Assembly: GCA_964016885.1 (NCBI GenBank)
Contig: OZ024746.1
Location: forward strand, 14,508,001-14,572,000
Length of the DNA stretch: 64,000 nt
Direction: 5' to 3'
Source of the DNA: Eledone cirrhosa
Taxonomy: Eukaryota
Every line of letters starts with the position of its first letter. Position 1 is the stretch's first letter. A model generated the notes under the pieces. It was given only the letters and a program-made list of their open reading frames with translations, was not told the DNA's origin and ran no database searches. Position numbers and translations under genes: made by a program. Below, one piece after another: positions 38,405 through 53,590 of the stretch.

Positions 38405-39290
38405 ACATGACACATTTTCTGGTGTGTGCCTGTTCAACCGCTTTTCTCTTGGTATTTCATAATGCTGGCATAGTTTCTTTATAAAGCACAATTTTGTAGC
38501 AGCTGTGAATACAGGTAAGACTGGGCAACCAGAGAGAATGTGGTTAATTATTTCTTTCCCATATCCACATATTCTACAATTACTTTAAGTTTTCTACTTC
38601 ACTGTGTGCTGTGTGCTTTTAATGGTTTCTGTTGGGATGCAATTAAGAATCCTTCAATCTCAATGTTAATTCCCACACTTCTTAGCCAGCGTCGTGAATT
38701 TTTCCTTATCTATTTCTTCCCTACTCAGCCTTTATCTAATCTCAGTTTCTTTATCTAGCATGATATTAGTGATTTTAATTAACTTTCCTCTTTTCAAGAT
38801 TGCCTTGGCGCATTTTACTAGTTCAAATCTCATTTAAATTTCTCTTGTAAATCTGCGAACTCTCTGCAGCCATCTTTCCAGTTGTCTATCATGTGTAACG
38901 TACAGCTGGAAACTGTCCATATACAAAAGATCATTGATTTTCTTCCCATATGATTTATATCTGTGTCCAGCCCTACTTAACCTCGCCGTTAAGGATTCCT
39001 CTTGAAATATAACTCTGATAATTAAGATTTGATTAGTGTTTTATAGTTTCTTCTTTTTCCTGTATCTGTAGAACTGTTTGTCATTTACTCATAATTCGTG
39101 TGTTTTCTAATCATTTGCGCTATCTTACTCATTGCTAGTATTTCCAGGATCCACGCGGAACTCTAGTACTCATTTCATGCTAAGATTATTTTGTGTTGTC
39201 TTAGATTCTAGTTGTATTGATCAGTAATAGATCATTATATTCATATACGCCTTTTACCATCATTTCTGCACTTCTAGAAACATTTTGTTT
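38405..39290 (-). mobile_element. R4-like RLE non-LTR retrotransposon fragment
   Basis: NHILSGCPVL..KLCQHYEIPREKRLNRHTPENV, the zinc-knuckle/RLE linker. The right boundary is approximate. Confidence 0.55.
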
Positions 39291-41199
39291 TATTCCAGTT
39301 ATTAATTTAATCACTGTGATAATATTGTTAAAGCTTTTTAAGCTGTGAGGAAACTACATGGGAAATAGATTTTAGGGATTTCAGATAAAAAGCGCAATCT
39401 TTAATAAACATATTAAATAAAAACAGATATCTGTTTTTATTAATTAAAAGTACCAGTAACGTACTGGGGTTGATTTTAATCAACTTTCCCCTCCCCGAAA
39501 ATTGCTAGCCTTGTGCCTGTAGTAGAAATAATTAATTAAATAAAATGCCCAGTATTGTACAAGAGAAAAAGAACTAAGTTGGTGATCAATTTGTTGAATG
39601 AGATCCATGGTAAATCTACAAGAACTTAGTTCAAACGCATTTTTTGTAATATTTCTCGCAGAGATTTTAAAGGATGAAAATATATTTCCTGAAAACTACT
39701 AAAGTGCCGAACGAAATGCAGTTATCAGAAAATATTTTACAGTATATGTTGTTAAAAGCACTAAAGCACAAAACATGAAATGACACGTTTGTATTGTGAA
39801 ACATCTACTCTTATATATTAAATGAGACACGTTTAAATTATTAGAACTTAGTGATGCGGAGTGATGCTGATACCTTCAATAGGTATAATAAATTATCTCT
39901 TAATATATGTAACCTCTAAACTGGGAAGATTGTAGAATATTGAAACAGCCAAGTCGCCTTTAATAGCTTGCACTTTAATTTAAATCTTGAGTTACATACA
40001 CATTTTAATCTGGAAATCATCAAAGTGTGATATAATCAATGGAAATTCACATGATGAAATGGTATGAAAATTGTACCTAACTTTGTAATATTCCGATGGT
40101 GAAATATAAAGTAAGAGCGATAATAGATTATTTTGCAAATGTGATATTGTAGACAGAATTACAAAGTTTAGAATAGATTTATCATTAAAAGAGTCAAATG
40201 AACTCTGAGAATTTGGATGATAACTGGACCATTAAAAGAGATATGAAAAGCTTTGATACACGAAAATATTTTGAACTTTTCTGTAACTTCTATAAATCAT
40301 TTTAATTTTGATTTTCAATTCATTCGAAATATTATGATCAAATGAGCAGAGGAATTACCTTAAGCAATTTTTGTGTCTTGAGTAAAACATTCTTAACATA
40401 TTTCTTTTGTTCATTTTGTGTTGATAAACTATGTTAATATATTATGTTCATCATCATCATATTTGACATATTGTTGGATTGACATTATCGTTAGAGTTTT
40501 TGATGAAATTCTTCGAGTTATTTCTTCCAGTACTTTCAGTCATGTGTTCAGGTCTTACTGACGTCAACTTTGCCTTACATCATTCCGGTGGGGTAGTTAT
40601 AATAAAGTTCCAATAAAGTACTAGAGTCAATTTAATTGACTAACGCCTTTCATAAAATGTATTTAGAAATCAAGATTATTCAGTAACTTCCGAGCTCAGT
40701 TTTGTGTGACTTGGGTAAACACAGTGATATTTCTTTGTAACTTCATTGTATTGCTAGTATTCTATGTAATGCGCAGTACTAACTTTGTTACATTGTACAT
40801 AGTATAAAGAAACGACAGAGGTAAAAAAAAAAAAAGGCCTTCCGCCATAAGTGACTCCGACAGACAATAAATGGAAGACATTGAGAAATCGTTGAAGGTG
40901 GCCGTAATGGAAAGATAGCGAAAGAATCAGCACAGGACAAGAAGTATGGAAGACAAGAAGTAATTCGTCACAGTTTATAATAGGAAACTAAAAATTAAGG
41001 GAGAACAGAACTGTCTAGCGTTAAGCAAATGTAATTAATCACATTTTTAATTAATTTTAAATGTAATTAAGAAAGTGTTTTTGATTAATTACATTTTATT
41101 AACATTCAGTTGTGTTGTATATATGTTTTTCTGTTTGGGGTATCATTTGATAATACGGTGGCAGGGTGTGTTGTTAAAACTTGCTGTGACAACAAACTA

Positions 41200-41800
41200 T
41201 CACTTGCATATCAAGGTGGGTTTTATTTTTAATATGTTTTGTTTCGTAGATAGTCTTTAAATGTAAACTGTACACAAGCTGTTATAATACATAATGTATT
41301 GATTAGTAGAGAGATTGGAGGACCAAGAAGGACTGGTATAGTCCATCGTCGACTTAATGCATTGTTTGTACACCATTCTGATTTCTTTCTGATAGTACGT
41401 TTATACATCATTATGCACATATGGCTTCTATATTGCTGGGATTAGTGTGTAATCCACTTTATTTGATGCTTGTTTGTATTTGATGATCAATGAGGATTCT
41501 GGTAAGACGAGAAACAATGGGTTTGGTAATTGCTTCTTATTGTGGATTTTAATATGAATGATACAGTGCTGAATTAATGCACTACAACATCTGAAGACGA
41601 ATAGATGGGACCATGATATCATTTAATGATGAAGTTCTTTATATTTTGTGTAAGAGTGTGAAGTTCGTGTATGTACAGAATGAAAGCTGTATGTGAGAAG
41701 ATGTTTGTTTCACTCCATTTGAAAAATAATTGCTCCATTAAGTAATTATGCTCTACAAAATACTGTTGACCAGACAGATAGGATAGTTTACTAGCCTGCA
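41200..41800 (-). pseudogene. Possible decayed 7TM/GPCR remnant
   Basis: PLFLV..VDYTLIPAI*KPYV..RTIRKK..WTIPVLLGPP loosely follows the rhodopsin-family TM2 / DRYxAI..P / TM4 W..P spacing. Confidence 0.2.
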
Positions 41801-41936
41801 TTTTGTGACGAATGGCAAAGCTGACCTACGCGGGATTTGAAATCAGAACATAAAGAAACGAAACAAATACTGTTAAGCATTTTTCCGACACTCTAACGAC
41901 TCTATCAATCCTCCGCTTTAATCCCTTCTCTAATAA

Positions 41937-41980
<44 letters not shown>

Positions 41981-44900
41981 AATTTATTATAGTCATTTAC
42001 AGTTAGCTTGAATAAATGCATTTCAAATTTCATGAATATTAATAGATAATAAAAAAACGTGAGAATGTATAATTTCATAATATTAGTATGCGAGATAATG
42101 TATAAGGCTCTCATAAAAATTGAGAGAACGCTAGCTCTACGATTTTCGAAAACATAGAAGTTATTAGAAGTTAAATACTAGCTTAATGGCTTAGCCGGAA
42201 ATGTGCTCGTTAGTCTTTTTAAATTATCTAGAGTGAAAATAATATTAGACATTGTGGATACCAATTTGAAGCAGAAAGTAGAAACGATGTAATTTTTTAA
42301 AAAAAGAAATATATATAAATCACTATGATACATAAACATCCAATATATCGACACATTTTTCAAGATATAATTAATTTATAAAAATAATAGTTATTTCCTA
42401 ACTTCTATAAATGGCATTTACTTAAGATACTATCTCCTTGAAAAATAGAATTTCTGTTACCCATTCTTAGGAAATAATCAGTATATTGCGATAACCGTTT
42501 TGTTTATTTGTTTGTTTGTTGTTTTCAAATTGGTGGCAGGATTCATCGTTAATTGAATAAATTGTGTGCAAAATTTATTTTTATCAGAAACATGAAACCC
42601 AACAAAATGTGTTTCCGATAAATGTTTTTTTTTTTAATCTTGAGTAGATAAATGTTATAATTTCTATCACTTAAACGTTTCGTTTTCTTCGTTTTGTTTT
42701 CTGCGACTATATCAAGATTTAACTTCCTGTAAACACGACATTTAAATATTTATCTAGCAATAAGAATTTGTGTGGTAAACATTAATGTATAACGTAACAT
42801 TTACTGAAAAACAAACATCCACAACAATTTACAGATGACCGAAAACAAAATAACAATACACTTTAAATTATTGCTATTTGGTGGTATGATATATACTTAA
42901 GATAACATCTCTCTCTAGAATACTAAATTTAACAGCCATTCTCTAGTAATAAACAGATGAGAAATATTAGCACTATTCTTTTACATTTTGAAGAAAAACT
43001 GTAAATTTTGAGGAAATATAAAGAGAATTTTCGGTTTTGTTTTTGTTTAATGGAGTGATTGTAAAACAATGGATGGTTAATCATTAGTGCGTGTGCGTGT
43101 GTGTGTGTGAGAGGGAGAGATCTACATTTAATGCTCACATTGTAAGGGATAGTCCGCCTCATGGTCTCGGCGGACAGAGAGCCTTAATTAATGTCACAGT
43201 TACCTTGCTGAAGGCCAACTCTCACCAAGGAGTTCCATGGGAAGCACATGAGCTATTTCCTTTCCTATCGTTACTGCAACAGCGACTGATTCTCTACAAC
43301 AGCTAACTGCTTATACTTGCTACTCAACGACCTTATATCGTAACTTTTATGTTATGCTTTCTTGCACATCGAACAAGAAACCCTTTTCTATATCCTTACT
43401 ACCAGTGTTGTTCAAATATAATAAATGAATGAAGTGCTTGCCACTGGTATAGCCAGATGTTGTGGTACCACTCTGAACATTAGACTGTGTTCATCTCCTC
43501 TCTAAACTAGCAATCCCTACCAGCTTAAGTTTAACCTACCAGCTGAAAGAGTTAGCGGAGTGTGGCTGAAAACAATGTGAGAGTCGAGTGAGAAACAGGG
43601 CACTCATTCGTCACTAAGGATGGCGTAGCAAGATATCAAAGTATTCTCTTTACTCAAACACTCCAGTTTTGAGATAATGTTATTTTAAATCTTGGATAAC
43701 GTTATGTCCGAAATTGTAATAACGTTTCTTTAATTAGATTCCCACCAATATTCTGCAAATATTGACCTCCCGTAACTAAATAATTACTCAGAAAATGGAT
43801 TATATTCTTAGAGAATGTGGAAAAAATACAGTGCAAAGAAGACCTGAAATAACTGCCCCGTAAGATAATGACGAAGCGGAACGATCAATATTTTAAACAA
43901 CAAATGTTCATATAACTCCGATCGTTCCGATTTGTTAACTAAAATATAATTTGAAATACATACTTTAAATCATTTCCTTCTATAAGGAAAGAGCCATTTA
44001 AAAAAATACTAGCTAAATGTTATTGGCAATTTTGTTAGTCAATAGAAGTATTAAGGTGCAGTGAGCACAGCATTTCTGTTTGTTTCAACTCACATTTTAT
44101 CGTAACACATTTCTGCTTAGAAAACGTCACGCGAATTTATCGGAAACGTTTTATTGCTTCAGGCTATAGCAACAAATACATTATTAATTCAAATCAAACA
44201 ATCAGTTTATAATATTATGTGGCATGCAACGAATGGAAAATCGCAAATGCAAGCAACTTCTTAAAAACACGTATTGTAAAATATGTAGTTCAAAGGACGG
44301 ATTTCCTTTTCGGTTTCTAGTTTCAGAAACATTTAAAAATAGGAACAATATCATAGCAATACAACTGTGGTAACTACAACACTAAGGGTGCAATTCGACA
44401 ATAATACCGTGTTTTATTTACCGAGTACGAATAAACATTCCCTGAAATTAAAAACTGAAAGGAAATTAGAGTTTTAAACTACATATGTTTTTAATAGGTT
44501 GTCTTCATTGATCATGTTGTCAGTATTACCTATCACAACCAGCTTTAAAATAGAATATTGATTGAACTAAGCTAAACTTGGCGAAATGGATGCATTATTG
44601 CTCTGTATTGCTGAAAGGAAAACAAACTTTATATAAGATTTAAATACGTGTCAGTATTTGCATAACGTTTGAACGATTACAATGGAATATAATAAATTTT
44701 CGAGATTTTATGAAGCAGAAAAAAAATCTAAAATGCATATAAATCATTCCTCACAAAAGCCACTCTCAGGATTACAAACAAGTATGTCATGAAATACCTC
44801 AGTAAATGTACAGGTCAAGCAGTATTTAGGCTGCAGCAGAGGAAGCCGACAAAACCACGAGGTAGCAGTATTTCAGATGGGTAATTCAATCAGCAGTAAT

Positions 44901-46784
44901 GAGGCTGTTACGTATTCTAAAGTTTCATATTCGTGAACAGCACCCTATTATCATATATAGAAGGACCGGATGGCCATGATTGGAACGGCTTATATCATAG
45001 GTTTGTTCGGTCAGGAATAAGCTGGCGCTAGATAACAACAATATCGATTTTACAACGAACGGAAGAACAGATATATAATTAATAATACAGTCTGAGTTAA
45101 GAAATAGTCACAAAGATGCAATAGTGGTTTTGAATACTACCAAGGCTGGCAGTCGTATATTGACCGTCCCAGATATTGAACTAAGCTATTTTTAACGTCA
45201 TGTAACTATGCTAATCGACCTATATCTAATTATGTTATCTCGTAATATTAACTGTACTAACTGCTCACCAATATCCCGGAGTAAAGATAAATCGAGAAAA
45301 TACGACCGCGTCATATTTCGTAAAACTTAATACTGAGTGAAGATAAAAAGTAAAGTGTTAAATTCCCATTATTTTATGAATGACTCTTTTAGTATCTATT
45401 CCTTTTTATATTAAGATAATATGTAATACATATAATGAAATAAGAAACATATAATAGCTATAACTGTTTCTACATAGTCCATCTAGAGAAAATATACGCT
45501 ACTAACAAACAATATACCAATTGCATTTCCTTATCTTAATGTGGGCGATATATTGAATGAGTTGCACTATGTTAATAAAATTCTACATTTTACATCACGT
45601 TTGTACTGAATAACATATTATTGCGATGAAGCAAACAATCAATACTTATTAACCTCGAGTGTTATTAATATCAGTTTCTTGCCTTTTCCTTGTCGGATCA
45701 TTAATCAAATGATAATTAGCCCTATTGATTCAGCATAATGCCCCAAAATATATACTCATTAGTATATTATGACGATTCAAATACTTTCCATAGAACGGTG
45801 ATTTTCATTGTAATGTTTTCATTTTATTTCATTTATTTTTGTACAGTCTAAAGGCATGTGGTATTCATTCTCAAAATGATGTTTCTTAAAGAAAGTACAA
45901 GGTATGGCTTAAGAAATAAAACTGATAAAGTACAAAGTTCTATACTAAATAGTTACGGATAGAGTTTGGTTCCTCTGTTCTGACCTGGTGTACATGTGTG
46001 TGTGGCTGATTTATTTGAACAATTTTATTAACTAATGATGTTATCCCTAACGATGTCTGAGAAAGTAAATAAATTCCTGGCCAATATTTCATTTGTTATC
46101 TATTATATAAGTTCACTTTGCTTTTATCCATCTTATACACCAACAGAAGTTTCAACAAGTTACTAATATATACCCAGGTACTATCAGTTCAGAGTTTCTC
46201 AAATTAATTATTTCTATGTATAACAACTGCTTGTTTTAGATTATAATTCTAATGACAAGTGTATCATCAAATATAGCAGTAACTGGAACCAGTCACTGAC
46301 TAGATTAATATTAACATATTCAAAAGAAATGCAACATAAAAAACACACATTGCTATATAAAATATATATTTCGGGTGGGTTTCAATTTTATAGCTTTTCT
46401 GAACTTTAATAAAAGAGAATTAGGGAAATATTTAGAATGTACTGGCATAAAACTACTCTTATTCTATTTCTCAAATAATTATCTTTTATGAATCCGTATA
46501 TAAATATATTTTCTTCATTGTTTCTAAGATTGCAGTTTATTACCCGATTCACATGAAACATATTCCGAGCAAGGAAGTATGTTTTACTTACTTTACGTAA
46601 CCAAGTAAAACTTTTTTAAGAAATTATTTTCCACATTAATATAGCACGAATCATATAAAAGTTAGATGTATTCATGAAACGTGTTTCATGAAACTAACGG
46701 AACATTAGTCAACATTTCTCTCCGAATGCAGCTATTATTTCAGTGTTATCAAATGAAGTTTAATTACATTTCACGTTTTCGATT

Positions 46785-46890
<106 letters not shown>

Positions 46891-47036
46891 TATGCAATTA
46901 AAGAAGGGAATGAAGGATTCGTCTCGCGAATGTAAGGCATTTAAATATCCTTATCCCCTACATAGAATATTTTTCATTTTATATAATATATGAATCAGAA
47001 CATTTTTAGAGTTCTAAGCATCTTAGATACATAATA

Positions 47037-47420
47037 ATTGTTTCTACTTTAGGCACAAGGCCAACAATTACCCAATGCATTACTGGTACTTTATTTTATC
47101 GACCCCGTAAGGATGAAAGGCAAAGTTAACCTCAGCGGGATTTGAACTCAGAATAGCAAGGGCCGTAACTCTATGCGTCAAAGCATAGCCTCCGACCCTC
47201 TACCGGTACTGCCAATCCACCGCCCTTAGATACATAATTGTTTCTACTTTAGGCACAAGGCCAGCAATTACCCAGTTCATTACTGGTACTTTACTTTTAT
47301 CGACCCCGTAAAGATGAAAGGCAAAGTCAACCTCGGCGGGATTTGAACTCAGATCGTAAAGGGACGTAACTATGCTGGAAAGCATGGCGTCCGACCCTCC
47401 AGCGATACTGCCAATCCACC
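47037..47420 (-). mobile_element. Two tandem tRNA-derived SINEs (47037-47225 and 47237-47420)
   Basis: Both are homologous to 19943-20130 and are separated and flanked by CTTAGATACATAAT. Confidence 0.85.
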
Positions 47421-47889
47421 TTTAGATACATAGTACTGCCAATCCACCCTTAGATACATAATAATGCCACAAGAGCTATACTGAAATCTGTCAAAACCAA
47501 TGCGCCTTTGAGATAATATTAAATGCAGTATTGTACAATGCACTCATGAAATAAATTGCGGCTTTGACAATATGTATTCTGCAATAAATTGGGTTTTGTT
47601 GGCAATGGTTAGCTGCAAGATGAGTTAATTCATTGTCAGCAATTGTAATAGTAGCACAAGGTTTGAAAAAAATTATAATAGGAAGGATGCGTTTTATTTT
47701 ATGCAAAATAATAAAATATTATATGAGAGTAAATGAACTTCCAACTGTTCATTCAAGCAAAAAGAAATAACAAGCAAATTTCCTTCAAATCATATCCTGT
47801 CATCTTAAAAAAGGAAGGGGCAAATATAGATAGTCTTATGTATCTCTGTTTGTTGTCTACTTGAACTATATATATGTAGTTCAAGGATA

Positions 47890-48585
47890 CAAATGGAAAA
47901 GAATGAAACGAAATTTCATTTCTCACACTTAGTACGGCTGATACCTAAATATAAGTATGTATACGTACATACATATATGTATACGGACGCACAGTAGTAT
48001 GTATATATATACATACATGCACACATATATATATATATGTACGTATGGGTTTACTGAACATTTATTATAATGTTCGGTTTGTTTGTAAACAAACAGCCCG
48101 AATTTAGTATCAGCCGTACTAAGAGTGAGAAATGAAATTTCGTTTCATTCTTTTCCATTTATCGTTTTCGGTATGCCCGGCCGACTAACTCACTCGATAT
48201 GAAAATTAGGCTGCTCAGCCGTTAATATGCATAAGGAAAGTATATACTTTCAGACATTTAATCATCTGACAGAAAGGTATACGATGCTGACGATAGCTAA
48301 TAAGGTTGAAACTAGTACATCGTTCCTGTGTCAGTGTTGAACAAAAGGGCGACGATGGTTGCTGAGCACTGTACGGCTTAATTCGGGATGTTTGTTTACA
48401 AACAAACCGAACATTATAATAAATGTTCGGTAAACCCATACGTACATATATATATATGTGTGTGCATGTATGTATATATACATACTACTGTGCGTCCGAA
48501 CACATATATGTATGTACATATACATACTTATATTTAGGTATCAGCCGTACTAAGAGTGAGAAATGAAATTTCGTTTCATTCTTTT

Positions 48586-48589
<4 letters not shown>
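47890..48589. mobile_element. Family A diverged insertion: inverted 3' part plus about 1.1 monomer
   Basis: Minus 47890-48105 and plus 48107-48589 ending in (TA)n, period about 432 bp. Confidence 0.85.
48281..48323 (+). ncRNA. Type I hammerhead ribozyme (family A, diverged)
   Basis: acgatg-CTGACGA-t agct aata aggt t-GAAA-CTAG-TA-catcgt. Compensatory change in helix I, one mismatch in helix II. Confidence 0.75.
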
Positions 48590-48621
<32 letters not shown>

Positions 48622-48630
48622 TTATTTATT

Positions 48631-48948
<318 letters not shown>

Positions 48949-50139
48949 ATATATATATACATGGGAGTGTGTGTGTATATATGTGTATAATATATATAAA
49001 TATCTATGAATATCTATGTGTGTGTGTATACAATGCATATATTGTGTATGCATATGTGTTTTCTTTTTAAAAATGATGAATTGTTACGTCAATAATAGGC
49101 ATGCTCTATCCCAACAGAAATGTTTTAAACAACACTTTTAGATATAGATTGTTATTTCTTCTTCTAAAAATATACTTTTTGTTTTACATTACGGTATACA
49201 TGATATATTACCTCAGTTAATATAAAACAAGTTACGTTGATTTTGATAAAAGGATTTGTAATAGTACATATGATTTTAATGGGCTGCTTCCAGTTTAACT
49301 GGTTTTGGTGGACCACATGCTAAAGATTCTACTATAGGAATATCAGTGCTGTAGGACTAAATTTTCTCTATTAGTTCTAAGAATTTTTATCTACGTTAGC
49401 TTTTATATTTAGAGGAGAAGGGGGTATGAACCAGATAACGTTCCTATGTCTATTCCTAGATCTATTTGTAGTGTGTTTTGTCTTCGAAGCTGCTACCTAG
49501 GAATAATCTGTTATATGTGGCTGCATTACTAATTAATTTTTTTCTTAGAGGATTAGATAACCTGCAGTTTATGATAGGAACCATGGTCTAGAAAATACGA
49601 GAAGGATGATATAAACCTGTGTTGATGTATTATACTTTTCATTTGGCTTATGGAATGCTTGTAAGAACCTGTAGTTAAATCGATGTTTACATCTAGGAAG
49701 ACAGCCTTGGATAGCAATTAATCGTTTACGGAACTTATGTAAAGTATGCCCTGCGATAAGACTAGGCCGGCATCTCTATAGAGACCAACGGCGTTGTTGG
49801 GAAATCTATTCTTTAGTATGACAAGAATATATTTTTGACGTCATAAACGATCCACCTCTCTTTCACACACACTCGCTCTTTCTCACTGTGTTTCTCTCTC
49901 TCTCTATCTATCTACCTATCTATCTATCTCCCTCTCTATCTCTCTCTCTCGGCAACAGCGACTTTTCACTCCGCCTCTTTTTCCCCTCCTTCTACATAGA
50001 CATATGTAGAAACAGCTTCTCTTTTATAATATAGAGTGGTGGTGGTGGTGTTGTTTTTGTTGTTGTTGTTGTTGTTGTTGTGAGTGCAACAGCATGTGGA
50101 ACTATCTGACATTAACTGAAAGACTTTATAACAGAAAGT

Positions 50140-50910
50140 CAAGGTATGAAAGCATACAACAAAGCCTTTAGAGAGAAACAAGAACAGACATGGAAAGAAA
50201 AGGCTCAAATTTCCGGCTGCCATTAGAGATATTTCTGATCTTGGCATTAGCTAAGGTCAGGTTGAGTTAAAAAGAGCACTGAGGCTATTTTACTGAAGCA
50301 CAAGACAGTTAGAACCAATTGGGTGGAAGCTAACATCAATGGACAAAATTGCTGCTCACTCTGCAGAGCATATGAATCTGTGGCACATATTACTATTGGA
50401 TGTGGGCAATTAGCAAAAAGATGTTATAAAATCCGGCATGATCTTATAGTAAAAAGAATCCATTGGGAGTTGTGCAAAATATACAACATAGAAACGCAAT
50501 GTCAGCGGTTCAAGCATACACTTTTTGAATCCTGTCTATCAAATGAGGGAGTAGAGTTATTTTAGAACCTTCAGATCAAGACCACAAACAAAGTCCAACA
50601 CAAACAGCCTGATATTGTTGTAAAAACAAACAACCTCCCAAAATGGACTCTAATTGATATTGCGATCCCTCAAGACTACATTATGGCTAAAAAGGAAATG
50701 GAAAAGATTAATAAGTATGCAGACCTTGCAGACGCTATTAGAACTGATCACCAAGTAGAGATAGAAGTCATGACAATCGTCATTAGGGCGCTGGGCACGG
50801 CCCCTAAAGTCTTTCATCAAACGCCTTGGGATCCCCGACTTCATAGGCAGTGCCTAAATTTCTACCATCACTAGCACTGCCAGAATCCTATACAATATAT
50901 TGAGCCTGTA
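50140..50910 (+). mobile_element. R4-like RLE non-LTR retrotransposon 3' fragment
   Basis: CSLCRAYESVAHITIGC..RHDLIVKRIHWELC..QPDIVV..LIDIAIP..EKINKYADL..IVIRALG, a CCHC knuckle plus restriction-like endonuclease. Confidence 0.85.
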
Positions 50911-51020
50911 AGATCAGAGATTGATCTAAGGCCAGTTAACATACTACTTCTAGCAACTGATTGCTAGAGAAAACTTATAAAAGGAAAACAAATTGTTACT
51001 ATTATTATTGTTTTTATTAG

Positions 51021-51238
51021 AGCGGTGGATTGGCAATGTCGGTAGAGCATCAGACACCAGGCTTTGTACCATAGAGCTATGGCCCTTTGCGTTCTGATTT
51101 CGAATCCCGTTGATGTTGGCTTTGCCTTTCATTCTTACAGGGTCGATAAAATAAAGCACCAGTAATGCACTGGGATCGTTTTAATCGACTTCCCCCTTCC
51201 CCAAAATTGCTGGCTTTGAGCCTAAGTCAGAAACCATT
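51021..51238 (+). mobile_element. tRNA-derived SINE (main family)
   Basis: Box A/B and central domain, with (ATT)n tail. Confidence 0.8.
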
Positions 51239-53079
51239 ATTATTATTATTATTAGATAATTTTAGGCAGAAACGAAGCATAGACACAGTATTGTAACCTT
51301 AATATACTTTCAATATGGTTGTACAGTCATGACACGTCAATAGATTTTGTAGAGCTGAATCAATTAGGCTGTCTTTAGATAAGAACAGAACTATAGATTT
51401 AATAATATCGAGGAAATTTTATTGGTTTACAGACATATAGAGTAAGCTTTCTCATTAAATGCAGTTCATTTTATTTATAAGTTATTATTAATGTTTTAAT
51501 ATTACTTTAAAATATAATTTACTATATTAACACATTAAAGTAATTATGTTTTCTTAAGAATATTTAAAGTATTTATATATTTCTTCTCATTTTTGGCGGC
51601 GCCTTTCTTTAAGATTTGTTAAGGAAAATTCTAATCTTTTCCTGGTGCTATATAAAAGAGAAACAATGTAATCATATAACTATTCTAATTGGTGGTTACT
51701 AAAATATGAAATATTAGAAGTAAACAGAAACAACTTTGTGAATTGCATTGATATAATTATGTTTTCAAAGTAATGCAGTATTGATATTCTCAAACATTTA
51801 ACTGGTCGAAGTATTACTGTTCACATAGAGCTGGATTGTATTTGCTGCCTCACTTGTTTGTCTTCACATCGCTTCCTGGGCTGGCTTTGCTTTCCTCTTT
51901 CTCTGTTTAAGAAAATAAATATACTTTTCTTGAACTTAAACCACTTTCCTAATATCGATTTCTTCATCTAAATATACCGATGGTACTATATCAAAGCCCA
52001 AATAGAAAAACGTGGTAATTGTTACCAATTCTCAACTATACAAGTTGATGTAAACATGAGCATTGGTTTCTCCTAATAGAATCAGGTTTACTTGTGCTGA
52101 TCTTCCCTGCAATAAATAGAAAATCTATTGGGAAATATATTAACACAAATTCAATGTAGTTTCGAATCTAGCTGATCAACCACTGACATAATATGCTCAT
52201 TTGGGAAGCTTCAGGTAAAGTGTTGTAAACAAAAAAGGGCTTCATACTAGCTTTGTGAATTTAGGTAAAGTATTTAATACAATTATTAAGTCACATCTTC
52301 TTTAACTACTATATAAGATAATCATCTTAATATGCATCTGTATACTAGTACATGTATACTCAATGTTTCTAAACTAAATTATTTTAGTTGTGTCAATGTA
52401 TTTAAACATATAATTTCATGCATATTTATACGCGTGTATGTAAGTGTATACATTTTCTGAGAGAATTTATTTAGTATGCATGACTGAATGTTTTACTGGA
52501 TACTGGGGAAAGGACAAGCAATGGACACACAAAAGAAAATATAATTAATATACCAAAATGATCACTTTCGACTTCACCTACGAATTCTTTATTAGTTCTT
52601 AGAGGGGTTACTATATTTCTGACTATCTATTTGACTCCATCATCTCCTTTCATACTCTAATCCCAACATCTCTCTTGGAATTCAGCCACACCCTTTGTTA
52701 TACTTTAATTCTAGCACACACACACACTACATAACAAAAGACTGCTTCATACTGGCGTCATTTAATCGGTTTAATACACCCTCATTCTGGATTTTGACTG
52801 AGAATAAACAGTTCAAAACCGAAACGGAATGGACACTCCTTTCACTAACTACTATATCAACTCGACAGTTGCAGTGTTTGTATGCAGCGATCCCTTAGGC
52901 ATATGCAGACACATTGTAGGTGAGTCTGGCTTGTCAGGTTCAATCTACCACGGAAACTTCTATCATCGCACGTAGCAAGCAAATGGGTCTGACCATTCTG
53001 CCTCAGTTCTTTTGCTTTCGACGGATGACTCTACTCTGTTTACTAAATCAATAGAAATCACAGGTCCCTATTTTTAATA

Positions 53080-53590
53080 TATATCTGAACTGTTAAACCG
53101 TGAGACTGTTGTGGATTATGCAGTAATTGACACCATTCAACAAAGACCTGTTGCCATCTCCTTGGAGATTACACTCTCAATAGATGACGTAACAGTAGTA
53201 AAAAGTAAAGTGAATCTCAGTATGGCTCCTGGTAAAGATAGAACCTGGACTGCGGCCTTGCGCTTTAGTGGCTGTCATACCACACAGAATCCCCACGAGT
53301 TTATTAGTGTAGTCTGGAGAGGTTGTGTTGTTCCCAATGATAGGAAAGATGCAATTATGCGTCCTCTTTATAAAGGAAAGAGAGTTAGAATAAAGTGTTG
53401 CAACCGCAAGGTCATTGTTCTGCTATCATGTGTTAGTAAGTTTATGGCAAGTAATCTTATTGACCCTCTGGATAATCTCCTTGATGTCTTTCCGGAATCT
53501 TGACGCGGTTACCGTTTTGGAAGAAGAACACTGACACAGCAAGACATATATGCAAAGGAAGTGCTATGATCAGAACATTGATTTAGTACG
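53080..53590 (+). mobile_element. RTE/BovB-like LINE RT N-terminal fragment
   Basis: MAPGKD..VWRGCVVPNDRKDAIMRPLYKGK..CCNRKVIVLLSCVSKFMA..FPES*RGYRFGR. Confidence 0.75.

Noticed and set aside
38135-38410. Poly-E/K/L ORFs
   Set aside because: They translate the (GAA)n tail of an RTE LINE.
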